Shown piece by piece: positions 51,329 through 64,000 of a DNA stretch of 64,000 bases. The notes beneath the pieces were generated by a model, which saw only the letters and a program-made list of their open reading frames with translations, was not told the origin of the DNA and did no database searches. The first letter of the stretch is position 1. Each line of letters begins with the position of its first letter. The DNA lies in the NCBI GenBank assembly GCA_951406725.2, contig OX597828.1, positions 49,476,001-49,540,000 of the forward strand, in the 5' to 3' direction. The stretch is from Octopus vulgaris. Taxonomy: Eukaryota. The position numbers and the translations under genes were made by a program.

Positions 51329-51705
51329 TATCATCATCATCATTTTTTTTTTTTGTATAACGAATTCAGAATTGATTTCCCAATTGAAGAATAAATTGAA
51401 TTTAGAATAACAAATTTCCATACAACATATTTTACTTTTTTTCCTTCTAATATATAAGGAACGATTTAATTCCTAGGCAAAGCCGGGTACCTCTGCTAAC
51501 ACACACACACATATGTATTTGTGTGTATGTGTATATATATATTTGTGGTAGCCGGTTTATGGGGTTATCATGAGTTTCTCGCTCGTAAGGGGGTTTAGTC
51601 TTACGGCGTATCTTCAAACACACACACACATATATGAACATAGATACCTACATATCTACATAGATATATACACATACATACGTTCACATGCACAACTTTA
51701 CACAT

Positions 51706-51770
<65 letters not shown>

Positions 51771-52329
51771 TATGCGCATTACTTCTCTCACACACACATC
51801 AACGTTGTTATTAATTCATTAAACCTCAGAGCAGCAGTCTGTTAGAATGATTACAGTGCTGGAGTTTATAAAAGGAATGAAGATAAGGAGGGCTGTGACA
51901 TGTTAGTTTTCCTTTTCTACATGCTGGCTACACGCACACACACACACACACACAGCACGATGCTTTAATGCTAGCTATATGCGCGCGCACACACACATAC
52001 ACCTATATGGACACAGATTAGTGTAGATTTTTGCTAGAAACACACACACAAGTATAGTTATATACATAAATTGCAGGCATCCATGCACACTTAAAAAACA
52101 AGAAACATTTCGCATTTATTACACATAAACATAAGATATATATTCAGTGATTTCAATAAACTTTATTTTCATATCAAATTCATTGTCTCTTTCTTTCTTT
52201 CTTTCTTTCTATGACTCTCACTCTTTATGTCTGTCCGTCTGTCTGTCTGTCTGTCTGTCTGTAATACTGTCACAAAGATACGCGCCCACAGGCACATATA
52301 CATATATATATATATATAACCATACATGC

Positions 52330-52393
<64 letters not shown>

Positions 52394-52549
52394 TGGTGTG
52401 TTTACGTCCCCGTAACTTAGCGGTTCGGCAAAAGAAACCGATAGAATAAGTACTACGCTTACAAAGCGTAGTGGGGTCGATTTGCTTGACTAAAGGCGGT
52501 GCTCCAGCATGGCCACAGTCAAATGACTGAAACAAGTAAAAGAGTAAAG
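52394..52549 (+). mobile_element. SINE family A, 3' part
   Basis: TGGTGTGTTTACGTCCCCGTAAC...GAAACAAGTAAAAGAGTAAAG. Confidence 0.9.
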
Positions 52550-52586
52550 AATATATATATATATACATACATATATATATATATAT

Positions 52587-52788
<202 letters not shown>

Positions 52789-52793
52789 TATAT

Positions 52794-53143
52794 ACTCTTT
52801 TACTTGTTTCAGTCATTTGACTGTGGCCATGCTGGAGCACCATCTTTAGTTGAACAAACTGACTGCATGACTTATTCTTTGTAAGCCTAGTACTTCTGTC
52901 GGTCTCCTTTGCCGAACCGCTAAGTTACGTAAACACACCAGCATCGGTTGTCAAGCGATGTTGGGGGACAAACACAGACATACACATGCATATATATAAA
53001 CGGATCTTTTCTAAAAGATGTTTATATAATATATATACAATGGGCTTCTTTCAGTTTCCGTCTACCAAATCCACTCACAAGGCTTTGGTTGGCCTGAGGC
53101 TATAGTAGAAGACACTTGCCCAAGGTGCCACGCAGTGGGACTG
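52794..53143 (-). mobile_element. SINE family A, near full length, tail-to-tail with the previous copy
   Basis: ACTCTTTTACTTGTTTCAGTCATTTGAC...CACGCAGTGGGACTG. Confidence 0.9.
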
Positions 53144-53232
53144 ATATATACATATATATATACTATAATATCTTTCTCTCTATATATATGTGTGTGTTTC
53201 TGTGTATATACAAACATATACTACATATATAT

Positions 53233-53294
53233 GTTCAGTGGTTGAATACTCGCCTCCCACGCGGGTGGCACAGGTTCGATTCCCGGCCGATGCA
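53233..53294 (+). pseudogene. 5'-truncated tRNA-Gly(CCC) copy
   Basis: GTTCAGTGGTTGAATACTCGCCTCCCACGCGGGTGGCACAGGTTCGATTCCCGGCCGATGCA. Anticodon CCC at 53256-53258; the 5' acceptor strand is replaced by (TA)n. Confidence 0.8.
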
Positions 53295-53465
53295 TATAAA
53301 AATATCGTTTTATTGTGTTATTTATATATATTACCTTTAACGGCAGTGCATCAGCATGGTCGCAGCTCTGAGCTGAAACTAGAGAGAAGAAGAAAAAAAT
53401 GAATGTACACACACATATATAGAAATGTAGAAAAACACAATTAGGCTTAATATATATATAACTAA

Positions 53466-53496
<31 letters not shown>

Positions 53497-53506
53497 TATA
53501 GATGTA

Positions 53507-53554
<48 letters not shown>

Positions 53555-54599
53555 CTATTTCTATATTGAACATCTCACATTTTGACTCTTATATGTATAT
53601 AATCACACTCACACACACACACACGCATACATACACATACATACACATACATACACTGATGTATTATACATAGAAACACGCACACACAGACATGCTGAAC
53701 ACCAGTTATGCGGCCATTTTAATATGGATCATATACACATACCGAACAGCCAACAAACAATAAAAGTGTGATTGTTAAGTTAGACATTATATGTATAGAA
53801 AAATCAATAAAATATGTTCTGGCAATCATTACATACACACACACACACACAAGTACATGAAGATACATACACATTCTTCCACAAACCAACGCATTCGGTT
53901 TAGATATGTGTATGTGTGTGCGTGTATACGTCCGTGCGTGCGTGTGTGTGTATGTGTGTGTGTGTGTGTGAGTATCTGTGTGTATATATATACACATATA
54001 CACAAATACACACAAATACATATACATTCATTATTATGCCTAAAGTAGTGGTAAGATTTAGAGTCATATAAAGAAACAGAGTAGGAAGGAAGGCTATAAC
54101 ATTAGTATATTACCACCACCACCACCACTACCACCACCACCGCCGCTATCGTTGTCACCGCCAACATCACTACTATAGCAACCATCACCAACACCATAGT
54201 CACCACTGCTATCGCCTTTACATCCGCTCCCTTTATCACCACCACCACCAACAACTTATCACCATCATTACTACAACCACCACCATCATCTTCATCACTA
54301 CCAACGTTATCATTATTATTATTATTATTATTATCGTTATTTCCACATCACCACTATCATTACCGCCACCACCACCACCACCACCGCCTCCACCGCCGCC
54401 ATCGCCACCATTACCACTGCTATCATCATTATCATCATCATAACAATCGACAACGACGTCTGTAATAATGGCTTCCAAATCCCTGCAACCAATCAGTAGT
54501 CAAAGTTTGCAAAAGCTAGCTTCTGATTGGCTGGTTGTTGATAGCACTCTTAAAGCCTTTCACACTCACACAATCTGCCACTTGGACTGAGAAAGAGAG

Positions 54600-54662
<63 letters not shown>

Positions 54663-55369
54663 AAGCAGAGTGGGAGTGAATGGGTGATAGAGAAAAAGAA
54701 AGAGAGAAGGAAAGAAGGGAGAATGAGCAACAAAGCGAGAGAGGAAGGAGCGCTGACAGTTTCTCTCTCTCACACACACACACACATACATAGATACATA
54801 CATATATATACATATATATAAATAGATAGATATACAAATACACACTTATCTTACAGACGTCAATTACAAATGTGAGCACAGGCCCACCACCTCACACACA
54901 TACACACATATATCAATGTATATACATACATACATATATATATATAGATACGTATATATATAGTTATACAGACATATATTGACACACATGCAAGCACTCA
55001 AGCATTATCCATTATCTGAGAAATACTATCCGCCCTCTGTTTACACATGGGAGCACAAACATACTTACACACATGTACATACACATATACGCATACATGT
55101 ATACACTTATACATGCATGTATGTACGCACACAGCCCATAAATATATATACAAAGAATAAGAATGACGCACACACATAAAACATTCACAACTATACGCCA
55201 CACACACACATACATACACATCAGCATCTTTGTGTGTGTGTGTGTGTGTGTGTGTGGCGTATTTCTGCTATATTCATCTACACAATGAAAGTGAACACGT
55301 TTTTACACAATATTACATATAGACAGATATGTTATGAATACATATACTTTTGAAAATATACACACACTC

Positions 55370-58910
<3,541 letters not shown>

Positions 58911-59201
58911 CTGACATCTCTCTCTTCCCCTACACCTATGTTGACAGTAAGCGGAGGGGGAGATGTTCTCTCACCACCACCACCACCATTACCACTATCT
59001 TACTTCTCTACTCCCCTTCCTCACCTTCCTCCATTTCCCACGTTCTCTCTCTGCTTCACCTTCTCCCTCCTTTTCATTACTTTCCCCACCCCCGACTCCA
59101 TCTCTCATCTCTTTCTCACTCTGTTTTTCTTGTACTTCCCACCACCACCACCATACCCCCCACCGTATCCAATGTTTTACACTCATCCAGCAGTCATGTC
59201 T

Positions 59202-59236
<35 letters not shown>

Positions 59237-60046
59237 CCAGGCACACACACAGACATATACACATACGCACGCACATATGCACCGTTACACAGCTTATACA
59301 CACCCATATACACAATCATACTCTTTGATTGCTACACGTACATATACAATGTCAAACATATACATATACATATACACATATATATATATATCCATAGACA
59401 CATAAACTGCAACAGATACATACACACAAATACATCCTCATGCATTTACATACACATTTACATACACATGTATACGGGGATTCTCACAAGCATTGACACA
59501 TGAGCTCACACTTACAAAGAAAAGTACTAACACATTGTCACGCAACCACACACACATACATACATATATACATAACCACATACACATATCACGTTCTCAT
59601 CCCACACACAATACACAAACGCAATGACACACACCAACACACACACAAATACAAACAAGCACACACGCACGCTCACAGCTCACCGACACATACATTCATT
59701 GTGACATCTACCCTCATAGCCACACATACATAGTTATTATATACACACAAACACACACTGTGCGGTCTTCCTCAGCTTGCCTTTTATATAAGCCACTCAA
59801 CCCCTCTCTCTCTCTCTTTATAGTTTCTCTTTCTCTTTCTCTCGACTATTCCCTCTTTCTTTATATACTCTCTCTTCTTCTCTCTTTCCTTTTTATTCTT
59901 TTTTCATTCATAATTTGTGTTTATCACTTTTATTCTCTCTTACTCTCTTTCTCCTTGTTTTAATCTCTCTGATATTCATATTTTGTACCTTACTCTCAGA
60001 TTTTTATTTAACTCCACAATTCTCTATAATTTACGTATATATTTTC

Positions 60047-60150
<104 letters not shown>

Positions 60151-60155
60151 CTACC

Positions 60156-60199
<44 letters not shown>

Positions 60200-60236
60200 C
60201 TTTATCTCTCTCTCTCTCTCTCTATCTATCTGTCTA

Positions 60237-60272
<36 letters not shown>

Positions 60273-60380
60273 TCTATCACTTCTGTACCAAATTACGCAT
60301 ACACATTTGTGTTTGTATAATATATATATAGATATATGTATACACATATATACTCACGCATACACACACTCACACATACA

Positions 60381-60418
<38 letters not shown>

Positions 60419-60524
60419 CAGACACATATATACACATACACGTGTATCTCCCTTTATTCTCTCTTTGTTTCAGTCATTGAACTGCGCCCACGCTGGGGCA
60501 CCGGCTTTGTGTTGGAGCAGAGGG

Positions 60525-60589
<65 letters not shown>

Positions 60590-60890
60590 AACAGTGGTGA
60601 GAAGGAACAGAGAGAGAGAAGGAGAGTTACGTATACACACACACACACACACACTTATGCAAATTCATACATATACACATGCGCACACATACAAGCTCTC
60701 TTTCTCATTCTATCATCGCTCTGTCTTCTTTACCCTATTTCTCTGTCTGTCAGTGTGTTACTCCCTTTCACTTATACTCTCTCTCCCTCTCTCTCTTTCT
60801 TTCTGTTTCATTCTCAACTGAAAAACCACGCACACACAGACACATCGACAAATACAGACGTACCTACGCATACATACACATAAAAGCGCG

Positions 60891-60928
<38 letters not shown>

Positions 60929-61211
60929 TATAAAGTTAGATACACACATATATATATACATACGCATGTTTCACCTCAATTGTAGCATCAGATTTTATCT
61001 ACACTTATCTTCACAACTAACACACACATACACAAAATAACTGTGTACACGTACACATATATAGAGATGCATTTACACAGTCGCACACACATACACACGC
61101 CAAACTCACTTATAATAGAAAGCTCTGCACAATTATGTGTGTATATGTATATTATTTATATTTATATACGCTTATATGTATGTATGAATATGACTGAATG
61201 TGTATATATGT

Positions 61212-61611
61212 ACTCTCTTTTACTCTTTTACTTGTTTCAGTCATTTGACTGCGGCCATGTGGGAGCACCGCCTTTAGTCGAGGAAATCGACCCCAGGACT
61301 TATTCTTTTAAGCCGAGTACTTATTCTATCGGCCTTTTTTGCTGAACCGCTAGGTTACAGGGACGTAAACACACCATCATCGGTTGTCGAGCGATGTTGT
61401 GGGGGACAAACACAGACACACAAACACACACACACATGTATATATATACGACGGGCTTCTTTCAGTTTCCGTCTACCAAGTCCATTCACAAGGCTTTGGT
61501 CGGCCCGAGGCTATAGTAGAAGACACTTGCCCAAGGTGCCACGCAGTGGGACTGAACACGGAACCATGTGGTTCGTAAGCGAGCTACTTACCACACAGCC
61601 ACTCCTGCGCC
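61212..61611 (-). mobile_element. SINE family A, full length
   Basis: Ends with ACCACACAGCCACTCCTGCGCC. Confidence 0.9.
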
Positions 61612-61639
61612 TATATGTATATATTCTTTTTCTTTTTCC

Positions 61640-61972
61640 TTTTTATCTCTTTTGTTTCAGTCATTTGGCTGCGGCCATGATGGAGCACTACCTTTAGTCG
61701 AACAAATCGACGCCCAGGACTTATTCTTTGTAAGCCTAGTACTTATTCTGACGGTTGTTTTTGCTGAACCGCTAGTTTACGGGGACGTAAAGACACCAAC
61801 ATCGGTTTCAGGAGATGGTGGGGAGACAGAGAGACTCAAATACATATATGTATATTTGACGGGCTTCTTTCAGTTTCCTTCTACCAAATCCACTCAAGGC
61901 TTTTTTCGGCCCGAGGGTAAAGTAGAGGATACTTACCCAAGGTGCCACGCAGTGGGACTGAACCTGGAACCG
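61640..61972 (-). mobile_element. SINE family A, tandem second copy
   Basis: TTGTTTCAGTCATTTGGCTGCGGCCATG...GGGACTGAACCTGGAACC. Confidence 0.85.
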
Positions 61973-62113
61973 TGTATATGTGTGTGTGTGTGTGTGTTTG
62001 TGTGTGCGTATGTATGTAAGTATATATACCTATGTGTGTGGTTTTGTGTCTTTTCTCTCCCACCATCGCTTGGTACTGTGTCTTGCCCATCAATATTGCC
62101 AATCAATATTCCA

Positions 62114-62512
62114 AAGGCAGCGAGCTGGCAGAAACCTTAGCACGCGGGGCAAAATGCTTAGCGGTATTTCGTCTGCCGTTACGTTCTGAGTTTAAATTCC
62201 GCCGAGTCGACTTTTCCTTTCATCCTTTCGGGGTCGATTAAATAAGTACCAGTTACGCACTGGAGTCGATGCAATCGACTTAATCCGTTTGTCTGTCCTT
62301 TTTTGCTCTCTCTGTGTTTAGCCCCTTGTGGGTAGTAAAGAAATAGGTATTTCATCTGCCGTTATGTTCTGAGTTCAAATTCCACCGAGGTCGACTTTTC
62401 CTTTCAGTCTTTCGGGGTAGATAAATTCAGTACCAGTTGCATACTGGAGTTGATCTAATCGACTGCCTCCTCCCCTAAAATTTCGGGCCTTGTGCCTAGA
62501 GTAGAAAAGAAT
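62114..62512 (+). mobile_element. SINE family B tandem dimer whose two units have different tails
   Basis: The first unit ends GTAGTAAAGAAATA. The second restarts at GGTATTTCATCTG and ends CTTGTGCCTAGAGTAGAAAAGAAT. Confidence 0.88.
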
Positions 62513-62996
62513 ATTCCAAAGTAGCTGAAGCCACGAGTGACACTCAACCTGTCAACAGTGAAGGCGCTTTTAGTGAAAGAACTGCACAAAAATGGTTTTC
62601 GCGCTTTAGTGTCGACCTGTTCACTCCAATGATGATCGATTGTAGGAAACCAACCACGAGGATCCGCTCCAATTATTTGACAGGATGAGTGTCACTCGTG
62701 GTTTCAGCTACTTTGGAATATTCTTTTCTACTCTAGGCACAAGGCCCGAAATTTTAGGGGAGGGGGCCAGTCGATTAGATCAAACCCAGTATGCAACTGG
62801 TACTGAATTTATCTACCCCAAAAGACTGAAAGGCAAAGTCGACCTCGGCAAGTTTGAACTCAGAACATAACGGCAGATGAAATACCTATTTCTTTACTAC
62901 CCACAAGGGTAAACACAGAGAGAGAGCAAAAAAGGACAGACAAACGGATTAAGTCGATTGCATCGACTCCAGTGCGTAACTGGTACTTATTTAATC
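62236..62996. repeat. Local inverted duplication: 320-bp arms with a 121-bp spacer
   Basis: 62236-62555 is the near-exact reverse complement of 62677-62996, including non-SINE flank. Confidence 0.9.
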
Positions 62997-63167
62997 AGCA
63001 GATGGGGTGCTCTCATGATACCGTCACCTTTACTTGGGCAGATTAACTGAAACGATGTTGGGAGGACAAACATAGACACACAAACATAGACACACACATG
63101 CATACACACACACACACACACATTGGCTGTGTGGTAAGTAGCTTGCTTACCAACCACATGGTTCTGG

Positions 63168-63224
<57 letters not shown>

Positions 63225-63921
63225 TAGACGAAATTTCACAAGAGTACTCGATATCCGTAGAAACAAAGCGATGCAAATATGCGTGTAATTATGTATTTAG
63301 ACACGAAAGAAATTTACAGGCCCCCCATTTATAGATGTTTCATGTAATAACAGGAGGCATTGGTGTTAGGAAAGTCGAAGACTCCAAAGAATTGGACTCG
63401 ATGGTCAGCACTTCAGAGCAAAACCGCAGTGACGGTAGGCCCTGAATGGTATAACCAGAGTGTGGGATTTCACCTTCACTCGATATATGAATTTCAGGGT
63501 TTTTTTTTTGTTGAGCGGTTGCAGAGTGTGGTGTACTATGTGGCTGTAAATACTGGCCTCGGAAGCCTTCTCCGCAGAAGCGACACCAGAATGCAGTATG
63601 CTGTGCTTAGTATCAAACAGAAGTACGTTTAACAACAATCGTTTGCGGATGTTACTAGAGTTGGTTGAGAAAGAAGCTGAAAGAACAACGAGGTGGCTGA
63701 CTGCTTCACTGCCAAAATACATAGCGATCTTTGCAGCCAGTCAGCTAGTCAACACGGAAGGCAACACATGGGTATCGAAAGAAAGGGCGTCACACACTAA
63801 CATATATAGCCGGATGCACTGAAGAAAGGTGTAGCCATGGAAACTGCTTGCGAGTTAACCAGAATTGAGGACCCGAGGAGGATGGCAGCGCAAATGGCAC
63901 AAATCGACAGAGGACAACCTA

Positions 63922-63948
63922 AACAACAGCAGCAGCAGCAGCAGCAGC

Positions 63949-63991
<43 letters not shown>

Positions 63992-64000
63992 GCAGCAGCA
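63922..64000. repeat. (CAG)n/(CAA)n tract
   Basis: Directly visible; runs off the window edge. Confidence 0.95.

Larger units (their letters stand above)
49040..51499 (+). mobile_element. Helitron relic (boundaries approximate)
   Basis: Contains a helicase remnant. 5' CTTATTATATAAAA-type start; 3' GGCAAAGCCGGGTACCTCTGCTAA resembles a Helitron subterminal motif with a mutated CTAG. Confidence 0.55.

Overview
No protein-coding host gene can be supported in this window. It is AT-rich, microsatellite-saturated eukaryotic DNA, intergenic or deep intronic. The repeat families look like those of Octopus (coleoid cephalopod); this is recognition by eye, not a database result. Almost all ORFs in the supplied track are translations of simple repeats. 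The real content is a dense set of mobile elements. SINEs: at least four tRNA-derived or LINE-tailed families, many nested with clear target-site duplications. DNA elements: a TIR-bounded internally deleted mariner, a pogo/Tc2-like element, a GGATC-ended MITE family carrying TTAGGG repeats, and a Helitron relic with a Pif1-helicase remnant. Retroelement and other relics: R4/Dong-like and RTE LINE fragments and a truncated tRNA-Gly(CCC) copy. The most interesting signal is RNA-structural. (i) A Penelope-like element 3' end carries a complete type I hammerhead ribozyme fold (34632-34717). (ii) A dispersed family of short, microsatellite-embedded elements carries minimal hammerhead-like motifs with non-canonical cores (CUGUCGA / CCGACGA) and a covarying stem I (five copies). 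Several long local fold-back structures are also present.
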